Assembly: GCA_048013815.1 (NCBI GenBank)
Contig: CM106585.1
Coordinates: forward strand, 21,576,001 to 21,640,000
Reading direction: 5' to 3'
Length of the DNA: 64,000 nucleotides
Origin: Setoptus koraiensis
Taxonomy: Eukaryota > Animalia > Arthropoda
Part shown: one piece after another, positions 1-10,634 of the stretch
Layout of the letters: each line of letters starts with the position of its first letter
Numbering within the stretch: the first letter of the stretch is position 1
Translations under genes and position numbers: made by a program
Notes under the pieces: model-generated
Databases searched by the model: none
What the model was told of the DNA's origin: nothing
Seen by the model: the letters and a program-made list of their open reading frames with translations, nothing else

Positions 1-3000
1 CCCGACATACTGACCGTATGCTTTTGCTTGCCTCTCATCATTGATCTGCTGACATGTTGACCGGACAAACTTGTGTGAATCGAATTGGCCTTGCCAAATA
101 GTCTATCTCTGGCGCTTGTTTGTTTACCATGATTTTGCTGGCTTGTCGAGGCCGGGGATTTACTTGTTGCTGGCTGGTGATGTTGTTGTTGTTGTTGTTG
201 TTGTTGAGCAATACCAACATGATCGGTCATTTGTTGAGTTGATGGTGCCACATTGTGGCCGTTATTTTCCATGCTATTGTTTCGTGTTACAGAGGGCGCT
301 CTTGTAAACCTATGCACAACATTGTCACCATCAATATTATCAACTTTTATCTCGGCAATATGATACAGAGAATTGTCGCCATCTTCGTCATCTGTCAAAT
401 GATGATGATGATGGTGGTGTTGCTGGTGCTGTTGGTGCTGTTGGTGCTGTTGGTGCTGCTGGTGCTGCTGGTGATGGTGTGAATGAGGATGTGAATGGGA
501 ATGAGCATGATTATCGTTCTTGTTGACTGCATCCTCGTCACTGAAACTGATCATTTCATCATTTAGATGTTTAGTAACGGTAGCGGCCACTTTAGGACTC
601 GCTTCCGCTTCTAATTGCGGACTAGTGGGCATGTGGTGACCATCGGGTGCAATGTCGTGCATGCTTACATCACTATAAGTATCACCGTAATGATGTTGTT
701 TGTTGATCGCTAATTGCGCCCCATGATCGCTACGTATATCATCATCGTTGGCCTCATAACTGGCCATTGAACTCAGCAAACTTACGTCGTCAGGTTTGTT
801 TTTTTTGCTATGTCTGTTTGTCTGCTGGCCATGCTGTGTTGTTGTCTCGCCAGCGGCAGCCCTAAGCTTACTCGAGCTGGTTAGATCACTTTCGTCGTCT
901 TCATATTCGTCATCTTCGTAGCCTTCGGCACCTGACGAGGATGCAATTAGATCGTCCTCTAAATTGGCCACTTCCAACATTTTTGGAACAGTTTGATGAT
1001 TGTTGTTATTGTGGTTTTTTGTTGTATCATGTGACAGTTGTCTTCTTGTCGACTCATTTGTGGTGGCTTTGTGTTGTTCGTGTCCTTGCTTGTCGTCGTC
1101 AACATCCACGGATCTCTTCTGTTGTTGTTGCTGTTGTATTCTGTGATGATGCCTAGAGGTGCTACGATTCGACGTCGATGTGGCCAAACTCAAATGCTGC
1201 GATCCGCTGTCTAAAGTATCTCGGCGACTAAAATCACTGTGGAGGCCACCATTGGTGCCGGGCGTTGTATTGTTTGTCTTCGTGTTTGTATTTGTATTTG
1301 TATTAGTAATTGTGTTTGTGTTGGTGTTTGTAATAGTATTGGTGCCGTCAACTGAATAAGATTCAAAAGATTGAGACAATGGCGGCGACGAATATTCAGT
1401 GGCATCGCCATACTGACGAACATCGTCAGAAATGCTAAAAAAGTTTTTGTCGTCCGTTTGATCGTCCTCGTGTGTGTAATAAGTGTTTCCCTTTTTCCTA
1501 TACAATATAATAACTATTATAATGACCACCACCAATGCACAAATAATTACGACAGCTAAAGTGAGGCCAATTTTGGGCTCTGTTGGCACTCTAGCCTCAG
1601 TGCAGAACTTGAATTCGCTCGATTCTAAGCTCAACAATTGATAGTCTCTCAATTCGCCAGGATATTCGCATATGATGCACAAGTTAGACTTGATTGTCAT
1701 CTCGGGCCACCATTGGACAATGCCGTTGTATTGCATTATTTTTTTCATATCCAAACTGTCATCGATGTCTTGTTTAGCTAACGATGTTGTTTGCTGTTGT
1801 GATGCCTCCAATGAATTGCTCGACACAGACAGATAATCATTATTGTCGTTGTTGTTGTCATTGTTGTTGTTGTTGTTGTTGTTAATGTTGTCAGGATTGT
1901 AACATGAAGACTTGACAAGATCGTATCTGCTCGGGGTGGACAGCCAATTTTGTAATGGCATTACTTTGCAACGAAAACAGGACCATTGATTCTCCTCCAT
2001 GCGCAAAATCCTCAACGAATTGGCCATGTGACTATCGAGCGCTGTCAATAGATCCTCCTGTAATTCATTCAGATTGTTTCGAGATATGTCAAACACTTTC
2101 AAATTGGGCAGTTGTTGCAAAAACGATGGTGTCAATTCATTGATTCTATTCTGTGACACATTTAAATAAGTCAGTTTATTGATAACATTGTCTTGCGAGT
2201 GCAACGCCATTGTCCACTCTTGACCATCCAGCGTAGTCAGACTAGTGTTTGCCAAATTTAAATGACGCAAATGACTCATAATGGGGTACACTAGTCGACT
2301 AGTCAAATCACCGAGCTGATTGTTGGAAATATCCAGATATTTGAGAGACCAGCTGAGTGACGAGAATAATTGTGAGCCGTCTCTGGCCAATTGTTGTTGC
2401 TGTTGTTGTTGCTTGAATAGATTTATTGCAGCCATCGGTGCTGGTCCAGTTGTGCCGATAGTGTTAGCGGTCGTCATCAATAATGATTCAGATGTTAATA
2501 AATTATTGGCCAAATTCAATTTAACAATACTGCTATTACAAAAGGCGCAATAGTCTATCTGACGGATAGAATTCATTGACAAGTCCAATAAATCCAGCAC
2601 AAGCCCATTGGAGAAATTACTCCTCAATCTGCTGATTGAATTGTTGCTTAAATATATTATTTTGACATTTGAAAATACACTTGACGTGCTCTGGCCAATT
2701 GCATGAGCGAAATGTGTTATTTTGTTGTCTCTCAGATCTAGCTCTATGAATTGGTCAAATCTGTGAATCATGGGCAGATTTGGCTTTTTAGGCAGAGGCG
2801 CTATTCTCTTTAGGTTACTGTCTCTTATTGATAGACGCTGTAAATTGATCAATGGTGACAATATAGCCACTTCTATAAACTCGAATTTGTTTCCATCAAG
2901 ATTGAGCGTTTTTAATTGGGTTAAATTCAAGAATTGAGCAGCGGTTAGATTTTCCAGGCCGTTATAGGCCAAACTTAAATGTTGCAAATTGATCAATTTA

Positions 3001-3533
3001 CTAAATATGGCCGATTCTAATATGTGCAGCCTATTGTAATTTAAATTTAATTCAACTAAATTCTTCAGGCTGTTCAAGCAATATCTGCTCATCACTTTCA
3101 TTTGATTGTTGTTCATGTGGAGCACTCTAATTATTTTAGTTAATTTAAATATATCTTGTGAGCATGATTCAAATATTCTATTCTTTATGTATATCTCTTG
3201 TAATTGTTGGAATTGGGTGAATTCTGGCACGCGAAATTCTGAATTGCTTAAATCATTCAATTGATCTGGCTCAATGATTAACACCTCAATACTCAATGGT
3301 AAACTGTATGGATTAGAGAATCTATCATCGCTACAATTGATCACTCTGCCATGAAAGACACTATTATCAATTGGCCTAACAAACTTGTCGGAGCACGTGC
3401 AAAATTGAGCACATTTGAAATCTTCCGATGATAGCTCGTGCGCCTCAATTAGATAACTAACTCTGTTCTTGGCGTCAACTTTATCCAATGGCCAGGGTGA
3501 ACACGATGAATACAAAATGATCATCCTGCTCAT
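1..3533 (-). CDS. Leucine-rich-repeat single-pass transmembrane protein (Toll/tartan-like ectodomain); 3' end lies beyond the window edge
   Basis: Hand translation of the minus strand gives an open frame from about 3633 to position 1 with no stop, so it is absent from the ORF track. It has an LRR-NT (CAQFCTC), many LxxLxLxxN repeats (LVELNLNYN, LQHLSLAYN, LKTLNLDGN, LKYLDISNN, LKVFDISRN), an LRR-CT (ENQWSCFRC...LCIICEYPGELR...FC) and a TM helix IGLTLAVVIICALVVVIIIVIILY at about 1497-1572. RKKGNTYYTHED and a low-complexity tail follow. The first in-frame ATG is 3533, but hydrophobic in-frame residues upstream suggest an additional 5' exon. Confidence 0.88.
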   Translation of the reverse strand, partial: MSRMIILYSSCSPWPLDKVDAKNRVSYLIEAHELSSEDFKCAQFCTCSDKFVRPIDNSVFHGRVINCSDDRFSNPYSLPLSIEVLIIEPDQLNDLSNSEFRVPEFTQFQQLQEIYIKNRIFESCSQDIFKLTKIIRVLHMNNNQMKVMSRYCLNSLKNLVELNLNYNRLHILESAIFSKLINLQHLSLAYNGLENLTAAQFLNLTQLKTLNLDGNKFEFIEVAILSPLINLQRLSIRDSNLKRIAPLPKKPNLPMIHRFDQFIELDLRDNKITHFAHAIGQSTSSVFSNVKIIYLSNNSISRLRSNFSNGLVLDLLDLSMNSIRQIDYCAFCNSSIVKLNLANNLLTSESLLMTTANTIGTTGPAPMAAINLFKQQQQQQQLARDGSQLFSSLSWSLKYLDISNNQLGDLTSRLVYPIMSHLRHLNLANTSLTTLDGQEWTMALHSQDNVINKLTYLNVSQNRINELTPSFLQQLPNLKVFDISRNNLNELQEDLLTALDSHMANSLRILRMEENQWSCFRCKVMPLQNWLSTPSRYDLVKSSCYNPDNINNNNNNNNDNNNDNNDYLSVSSNSLEASQQQTTSLAKQDIDDSLDMKKIMQYNGIVQWWPEMTIKSNLCIICEYPGELRDYQLLSLESSEFKFCTEARVPTEPKIGLTLAVVIICALVVVIIIVIILYRKKGNTYYTHEDDQTDDKNFFSISDDVRQYGDATEYSSPPLSQSFESYSVDGTNTITNTNTNTITNTNTNTNTKTNNTTPGTNGGLHSDFSRRDTLDSGSQHLSLATSTSNRSTSRHHHRIQQQQQQKRSVDVDDDKQGHEQHKATTNESTRRQLSHDTTKNHNNNNHQTVPKMLEVANLEDDLIASSSGAEGYEDDEYEDDESDLTSSSKLRAAAGETTTQHGQQTNRHSKKNKPDDVSLLSSMASYEANDDDIRSDHGAQLAINKQHHYGDTYSDVSMHDIAPDGHHMPTSPQLEAEASPKVAATVTKHLNDEMISFSDEDAVNKNDNHAHSHSHPHSHHHQQHQQHQQHQQHQQHQQHHHHHHHLTDDEDGDNSLYHIAEIKVDNIDGDNVVHRFTRAPSVTRNNSMENNGHNVAPSTQQMTDHVGIAQQQQQQQQHHQPATSKSPASTSQQNHGKQTSARDRLFGKANSIHTSLSGQHVSRSMMRGKQKHTVSMS

Positions 3534-5417
3534 AAATATGGTCGCTACACATAATATCACATTTATTAATTTAATTAGGCCACTAATGGAACGTTTTAAT
3601 AGAAACATATCGCCACACTAATATGCAACTATTCTACACTATTCTATTCTATTCTATTGTTTGCAATAACGCGGTTGATTTTGTTTGATTGTGATGCAGA
3701 TTGAATGTTAAAATGAGTGAACTTGTCGCTAAACTTTTGTCGCTATGTCTTGAGTCGTTTGCTGACTGAGGACGACACTTACACTTGATGTTGATTCCTC
3801 GGCTCGATCGACACTCAACAACAGATGCTTTTCATAGTTCACAAGTGTAATTAGAGGATGTACATGTGTCCAAATCAACACTGACATACGATACATACGC
3901 CAGACATGGACATAATAATAAACATTTTATTATTATTGTAAATACATTAACTGTTTATAACATCAACACTCTAACAACTATAACTCTCTCTCTAACTCTA
4001 TTTCTTTCGATCCTCTGTAGCTAATGTACGCTATTTCTTGAGGCGGCATCGCTCTCACGCACTAAAGCGCGTCATCGCTTTTACCAACATGATAATTAGT
4101 AGTTGTTGTAATTAGTCAGCAGACAACCGGAAGAATGGCAGTGAAGCGCCGCCTGGCGTTTTGAATGTTGTTTGAAGGTTGTACGTGTGCACGATATTGG
4201 CCCAAATTGATACAGTCCAAAAATTAATCAGACATGCTCCAGATATTGATTGCGATCTCTCTCTCTCGGCGCAGCTGCGCATTCGGTGTTGTTGCAGCTC
4301 GGTTGTGAGTTCGGACACAGAGATAAAGAATCCGCTCTCATACATAATCTCTTCCTGATTTTGTTGCCGTTGTTGTTGTAGCCGTTGTTTTTGCCGCTGT
4401 TGTTGCCGCTGTCGTTGTTGCTGTCGTTGTTGCTGTTGTCGCTGTTGTGGCCCGGTAACATTGACGCGTGTGATCCAGTGACGAGCATTCACGACCAGTG
4501 CCACTACATCCATCCATGAGAGGGCACCTTGTTTGCTTGACCATTCGCCATCGCTGATTTATCCAGTCGAGAGTCAGAATTAAAACAGCGAGAAAGCAGC
4601 AAAAGAGTGCACATTTCGGACACACCCATGAGTAAGGTACGTGCCAGTTATGTACCAGATAATTTCTCTGGGGCGTAAAATGGCCACAACAACAACAGCA
4701 ACGGCAACCAATCACCAATAGCCACCCCAGTGAATGAATAAACGCCCACGATGATATAAACAAGTCAATGTTAATGTGAAGTGGAAAGCCGGCTTACATC
4801 ATAGCGTTACGTTATAGCGATGGACACATAGTAAACTTTAATCTGCTTCATGGCTTCTTATCATGATGCAGCAATGTATGCATTTTATTCCTACAAGCAT
4901 CTAGTGATCAGCCTATATTCATTTTCGGCCGGCATCCTTGTCGTAGGGCTCTCTCAAGCAATATGACAAACAACAATGGCCGATGGTACAAATTGGTTGA
5001 TGGTGTGAGATCGCCACACTAACATCACCACATTGCACGTAATACATATCATGATGATAATAATGTCTGTCTGCCCGCCAGCTTGCGTTGTGTATGCCAA
5101 CCCTCTGCTAGGAAATTGCGTGACTCTACATATGGGCCCCAAATATTATCACCTCACCTTAGCCTATGTTATGTAATCATTAGTCATCTCTATTTAACTT
5201 GTAACTCTCAACATTATCATCGTAATGCGGCGGTTGTTGTATGATTACGAACTGGTAAACTTGATCCAAATGACAGCAATGCTTAACTGGGATATAATAG
5301 AATGTTGAGTTTGCACCACTATTTGTTAGTAGTGATGCCGATGTAACAAACTAGCTTGCTAACAGTAACCTTGCACCAGTACTATATTCTCTATATAGTA
5401 CCAGATTATTATTATTA

Positions 5418-6456
5418 TTATTCTTCTGATTGGTCAAATTCACTATAATAACATGGATCACATAGGTAAATTTTAAGGGAGTCTGGGAGCGGTAACAAAC
5501 TAATATGATCCCTCCGCACGTATCTCAAAATAATGAACCTGGCCGGTGTTGGAGTATTGGTGAGATAGTTGAAGAGTTTTTGAGTATGAGCGTTAGTAAA
5601 CAGATTGAAGGTGTAACGAGTCTACGGTAGGATCCCCTGCATTGCGAATCTCAGATATGCAAAAATCTCTCCTCTCTTTTGGAAACCAAAAAATTTTTGG
5701 ACCAAAATGCTTCGGAAACGGACTGGCTGGAACCACTCTTAAATAGTAGGCAACAGAGCCCGAGACGCTATCGCTTTCAAATTCAGAGCAGGATGGCGGA
5801 GATCTGCCTTCCTACTGCGATACGGTGCTCATACATCCTTCAGTCATCGATACGGATTAGAACCGAAGATCTGCTACACCTCGTTTGCCACTCGGACAGA
5901 TTAGCTATCCTGGCCGGAGTTACAAATGGGGCCTGCCGAGGGGGCATGTCCGGCAGATTTATTAAGTGATTCCAATTTCAAAATATGCGCCGCTTTCGTT
6001 GGAACTAAATATTTCGCACAATACAGGGGGGACCTCGCGGCATATGTCTTGATTTTATGCTTACCTGGTCATATGCTTCAATGATCTGATTTCCTTGAAT
6101 CTAGAGACGGGATTAGTTAATTGTAATCTAACTGGGCCTTGTCTGTCGGGATCTCGATGCCTGAAAAACAAATATCTACCAGATTGTGAGTGTTCTATGA
6201 AATTTTCAATGAAATCTACAATAGTATTGCTACTGAACTTTTGCTTTGTTCCACCAAAACTGAAGTTGCCCTGACTGTGCTCTATTCTGGTGTGATTAAT
6301 TTCGTCATTCTTCTTGTAAGTCAAACTAAATATATAATTTTCATCTGAGCTGTCTCTAACTAAAAACGAACCATTAGGCTCTGATTCCAATAATTTTGCG
6401 GCGCCTTCTTTGCTCAATGGTCCCCAATACCAGCCACAATCTCTGAGACGATCCAT
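5418..6456 (-). CDS. SOCS7: Suppressor of cytokine signalling, SOCS7/Socs16D-like (SH2 + SOCS box), 2 exons
   Basis: Exon 1 (6456-6065) encodes an SH2 domain: CGWYWGP...GSFLVRDSSD...GRYLFF...QLTNPVSRF. Donor AG|GTAAGC at 6064; acceptor CCAG|G at 5539. Exon 2 (5538-5418) completes the SOCS box: SLKHMTR/FIILRYVRRDHISLLPLPDSLKIYLCDPCYYSEFDQSEE*. Splice phases match; 170 aa. Confidence 0.9.
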
Positions 6457-6949
6457 GTCTGATTGGTTGATGATACTGGTTGACTATCACTGCTAGTACC
6501 GGTGTTGGTACTAATAGCTTATAACATAACAACTATTTTTAATTCACCTTTGTCAAGATTTGTTTATTTCTTACAAACTGCAGTGGCAGTGAATTTGGCA
6601 GTATAACAGCGGGAATATTCGTAAACTGCAGTTTGAATTGTATTAACATATACTGCATGAGGCAGTTACGCAGGGCAGTTATGAGGAAGTTTAGTGCCAC
6701 CAACGAACAAACTGCCAACTGCTACGAGCCGTATGTGCATTTCCTAAAGAGAGCGATCATATGTAGCCATTTCATCAACAAACAATTTTCACTTTGTTGT
6801 CTATTTTTCTCACGAACAACATGTTTCAGTACATATCACGATGCTTAATCTCTCTAATTTAATAATTTATATGGAGATAACTCATTGGCTATAATATACT
6901 ATTTCATATATCAATCGCCACTTTTTGGACGACATCAACGACTATCACA

Positions 6950-7717
6950 ATGACCTCATCAACTAGTTCAGACTCATCAAAATACATTGCTAGATACATT
7001 GAGAATTTCATAGATCTAGTAGAGAATACACCCAATGATTTGTCACGTAAAATAAGTAATATTCATGAGATGCAACTCGATTATGAGACAGCACTCAACA
7101 AACTGGAGCATAATATGACACGATTTAGTTGTAGGAATGGTCAAAATAATCAACTGAAACAATTAAAACTGCTATTCTCTACTCAGCACTGCTTGTTACA
7201 AATGCAAGAGATTAGCGACAACAAATTGGCAGTTATACAGGATGCTTTGGACCAGCTTGAGACAAAATCTAGAGAATTAGATCATGATTATAGACTTATA
7301 AGTGCTTCCTCCACATCAAACGATAACCAGACAGTCAACAACAATAATAGTACCGGTGGCGCTAACAGCAGCAACAACAATAATAATAATAGTAACAACA
7401 ATAGTAGTAGTACTAATAATAACAACAATGGTACAGGTGGCACTAGCAAGAACAGCAAAAACGGTTGCTCAAACAATAAAAATCAATCCTCTACATCTCA
7501 GACGACATCCCAGACTCAGCCGAAACGTGAATCAACTCCCGAGCCTACTTATTGTATATGCCACCAAGTTAGCTATGGCGATATGATTTGTTGTGACAAT
7601 GATGCATGCGATATCGAATGGTTCCACTTTAATTGTGTTTCATTGACATCAAAACCCAAAGGTAAATGGTATTGCCCGAACTGTCGCGGAGATAGGAGCA
7701 ATCAACCGAAGAAATGA
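6950..7717 (+). CDS. ING: Inhibitor of growth protein, ING1/2-like (PHD finger)
   Basis: N-terminal ING helical domain ([21 protein letters not shown]) and C-terminal PHD finger [33 protein letters not shown]...[10 protein letters not shown]. Intronless, with a polyN/S linker. Confidence 0.95.
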   Translation: MTSSTSSDSSKYIARYIENFIDLVENTPNDLSRKISNIHEMQLDYETALNKLEHNMTRFSCRNGQNNQLKQLKLLFSTQHCLLQMQEISDNKLAVIQDALDQLETKSRELDHDYRLISASSTSNDNQTVNNNNSTGGANSSNNNNNNSNNNSSSTNNNNNGTGGTSKNSKNGCSNNKNQSSTSQTTSQTQPKRESTPEPTYCICHQVSYGDMICCDNDACDIEWFHFNCVSLTSKPKGKWYCPNCRGDRSNQPKK

Positions 7718-7888
7718 CTTCAAATTCAAATGACAACAACCACGACCATAGTAATATTGTCGTTGTACCTACACCGGCTCGTCTTTTGTGACTGGCATCA
7801 TCATATCAGCGGAAAAGATCAATTCTGATGTATCCAACAATAATGATGTATGTTGTGTTGTTTCTAGTACATAAATTTAATGTAATAA

Positions 7889-8833
7889 TCAACATTCATT
7901 CTTTACTAATTTCTTTAGCAAATATTCTCCGGCTTTGTACGATGATCTAACTAGAGGACCAGAGGCGGCGTAAAGAAAGCCCAGGCTCTCAGAAAATTCT
8001 TTCCAATAATCGAACTTCTCTGGACTAATATATTCTTTGACTCTTAAATGTCGTTTGGTCGGTTGCATGTATTGTCCCAATGTGACACAGTCAACGTTGG
8101 CTAGACGCAGGTCTTTCAACGCCTGACGTACCTCATCATCTGTTTCGCCAAATCCAAGCATTATTGAGCTTTTGGTTAGGAAATTGCTAAACTGACTAGA
8201 ATGTTCACCACTCTTCTTGAACTCACTTCCATATTGTTTGGCTGCTTCAAGCACCGCCAAGGATTGCCTGTAGCCCGCCCTGAGGTCCCTAACAAAGGGT
8301 GTGAATTTCTCTGTAGTTTCTAGATTGTGTGCATATACATCCAGACCCGATCGAGCCACCAGTTTGACAAGTTTCAGGTCTCCTTTGAAATCACCCGTGA
8401 GGCATTCAACCATCATGTCTGGCTTAGATAATTTGACCTGACGCACGGTTGCTGCAAAATGTTCTGCACCACCATCTGGTAGGTCGTCTCTATCCACTGA
8501 GGTCAATACAACATAATCGAGGCCCCACTGACTAAGAGCTTTGGCAACATTTTCTGGTTCCTTTGGATTGAGTGGTGCTGGATTTCGTGCGGTTTTGACG
8601 GAACAAAATTTGCAACCTCTAGTACATGTGTCACCCATTAACATTATAGTTGCTGTGGCGGTTCGGTTCTCTCCGCCGCCCCAACATTCCTCGATATTTG
8701 GACATCTAGCCTCTTCACAAACAGTGCTCAAATTTAAATCTCTCAAATCGTTTTTCAATCTATGATAATTATCACCTTTTGGTATAGGCCGCTTGAGCCA
8801 CTCAGGTAATCTGAGTCTTGCAATTTTGGACAT
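7889..8833 (-). CDS. LIAS: Lipoyl synthase (radical SAM)
   Basis: [13 protein letters not shown] (CX4CX5C), CTRGCKFC (CX3CX2C) and a C-terminal RSSY motif. A short upstream exon carrying a transit peptide is possible (ATG near 8930) but not established. Confidence 0.96.
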   Translation of the reverse strand: MSKIARLRLPEWLKRPIPKGDNYHRLKNDLRDLNLSTVCEEARCPNIEECWGGGENRTATATIMLMGDTCTRGCKFCSVKTARNPAPLNPKEPENVAKALSQWGLDYVVLTSVDRDDLPDGGAEHFAATVRQVKLSKPDMMVECLTGDFKGDLKLVKLVARSGLDVYAHNLETTEKFTPFVRDLRAGYRQSLAVLEAAKQYGSEFKKSGEHSSQFSNFLTKSSIMLGFGETDDEVRQALKDLRLANVDCVTLGQYMQPTKRHLRVKEYISPEKFDYWKEFSESLGFLYAASGPLVRSSYKAGEYLLKKLVKNEC

Positions 8834-9063
8834 ATTTTTGGCTTTTGTGACCTTATATTTAAATTATTATCCACATTGATCTAATGAAAATCGTCCATAC
8901 ACTAATAGCCTGTCTGTGAGGTTGTATCAACATGGATATTTTATAGTTACAGGAAATTAAAGAGTAAATGCATCCTGAAAATTGATAAGAAATATTATTT
9001 CATTTCACATCGTGTGCGAATACAATACCAAACAAGATAGAAAAACAACGAATCAAAATTGTT

Positions 9064-9086
9064 CGCCAGGGGCGCTCAGAGCGCAT
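9064..9086. promoter_or_regulatory. GC-rich promoter-proximal motif CGCCAGGGGCGC-NN-AGAGCGCAT (copy 1, upstream of LIAS)
   Basis: 21/23 identical to 50098-50120; lies 231 bp upstream of the LIAS ATG at 8833. Function is inferred only. Confidence 0.55.
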
Positions 9087-9361
9087 CGAAATGTAGCAAG
9101 ATGCAGTGTCTCGGCAAATCGCGTTGACTTCGTTGTAACCCAAGGTTACTTCTAGACTACACTACACAGTGTCATATATGGGTATGTTTTGAAGAGGAAT
9201 AAATTGGTCTTTGAAAATCATTTGTTTTATTCATTTATTTCAATAAATAACTGATGGTGATACAATAAAGTGTCCAACTGAATCATGCCGCTGAAAACAA
9301 ACCAACAACTTGATTGACGCCATCGGTCACTCTGTGGATCGAAAGGAAGGACTTTACTTAC

Positions 9362-10271
9362 CTTGAACTTTGATCTCTATAACTTTTCTGAGATCTGGTT
9401 CCAGTTTGTTCGAAGCTCTACATTCATACAAACCTGAATCACCCAGTGTTGTCGACTCGAATACCAACACCGAACCCAGATTTGTCTGGTTGTGCTGTTG
9501 GCGCTGATTCTTGTTGTTTGGTCCGCTCAATTTTGTCCAGGTTATTGCTGGTTCCGGTTGACCACGAGCCGAACAATTCACCATCAAACGTTGACCAAGG
9601 CCGATATGGGCATCTATTGGCTCTTCTAACCAGCTCATTTCAACTGAAATAACAAAAATATATCTGTCAAACGAGCTCTCATATACCTGTCAACTTAGAT
9701 TCAAATGAATAGCTGTCGCAAACATCCCCAATCGAATGTACTACCTACCAGAAATAACTAGATTGGCGTGTACACTGTCAGTACCGTGAATATTTTCAGC
9801 GATGCACGCATAGTCACCTCCATCTTGAATAGATAATCCGAACAATTTTAAAATCGATCGACTACTAGCACTATCAGTACTGTGCCTTTTCGATGTTTCT
9901 GATAGCCTCTTCCCATTTTTCAACCAATGAAATTGCATTCGATCAGACTGACTGCCTGACGCCAGAGCGCAAAACAACTCCAAATCCGATCCTTCATTGT
10001 AACTTTCGGCTAGATTGAGGGGCAATAATTTTGGTGCACCTACACGGATTGATTGATTTTACAATTGTGAGTTGCGAAAGTAGAAACGAAGTGTGAACTT
10101 ACAGTAAAGAATATCCACAGTAACATTCAATTGAGATAAACTAACAGTAGATTAATCATTAATTTTCAATAAAGTAGACTTACTAGACTTTGTTTTTGCA
10201 GCGCTTATTTCCGCCGCAAAACACAACAATGCCAGTTGGCATATAATCGCAGGCCAGTGTTTACTGTTCAT
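9362..10271 (-). CDS. Ig cassette B: signal-peptide exon plus two I-set Ig exons, Dscam Ig7/Ig8-like (sDscam-beta-type cassette or secreted 2-Ig protein)
   Basis: Leader exon 10271-10184 MNSKHWPAIICQLALLCFAAEISAAKTKS (not in the ORF track). Ig exon 10039-9749 (APKLLPLNLAESYNEGSDLELFC...WLKNG...DGGDYACIAEN). Ig exon 9643-9362 (VEMSWLEEP...CSARGQPEPAITW...DSGLYECRASN...LRKVIEIKVQ). All introns are GT-AG and phase 1. Confidence 0.82.
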
Positions 10272-10634
10272 CTTGAAAAATAATTAATCTTGTTTATAAC
10301 ACAATAAGTAGTAATAATTAATAAGAAGAATCGACTAAAATACAAAGAACTACATTAAATCAATATGACAAACTAGAGCAAGTCACGATTTTACGAAGCA
10401 TCGCAAGGGCCGATAGAGACCGTTAGAAGCTACCAGCTGATCCACTCACTACGAGGGGTGAATCGAAGAAAATAATCAAAGAGGCGCTAGACAACAACAA
10501 ATAAAAATGTAATTTTGATTTTCATTGCTACTTTTTATTGCTGGCTTCTGTGACTCTACGCTGATTCGATTACCACATTGATTACCACTAGATTCTTTGA
10601 AGACTTTTGATTTGTTTCGTTTTTGATAGCTTAC

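Noticed and set aside
4112-4763. Minus-strand ORFs (133, 86 and 141 aa) upstream of the LRR gene
   Set aside because: Three overlapping frames across a CAA-type repeat; I could not recognise a family or a consistent exon chain. An unannotated exon cannot be excluded.
3540-9362. Idea that the Ig cassettes splice onto the LRR-TM exon as their constant region
   Set aside because: Phase-1 acceptors exist near 3545-3620, but that segment reads as the LRR gene's own hydrophobic signal region, and I know of no Dscam-Ig/LRR chimera to support it.
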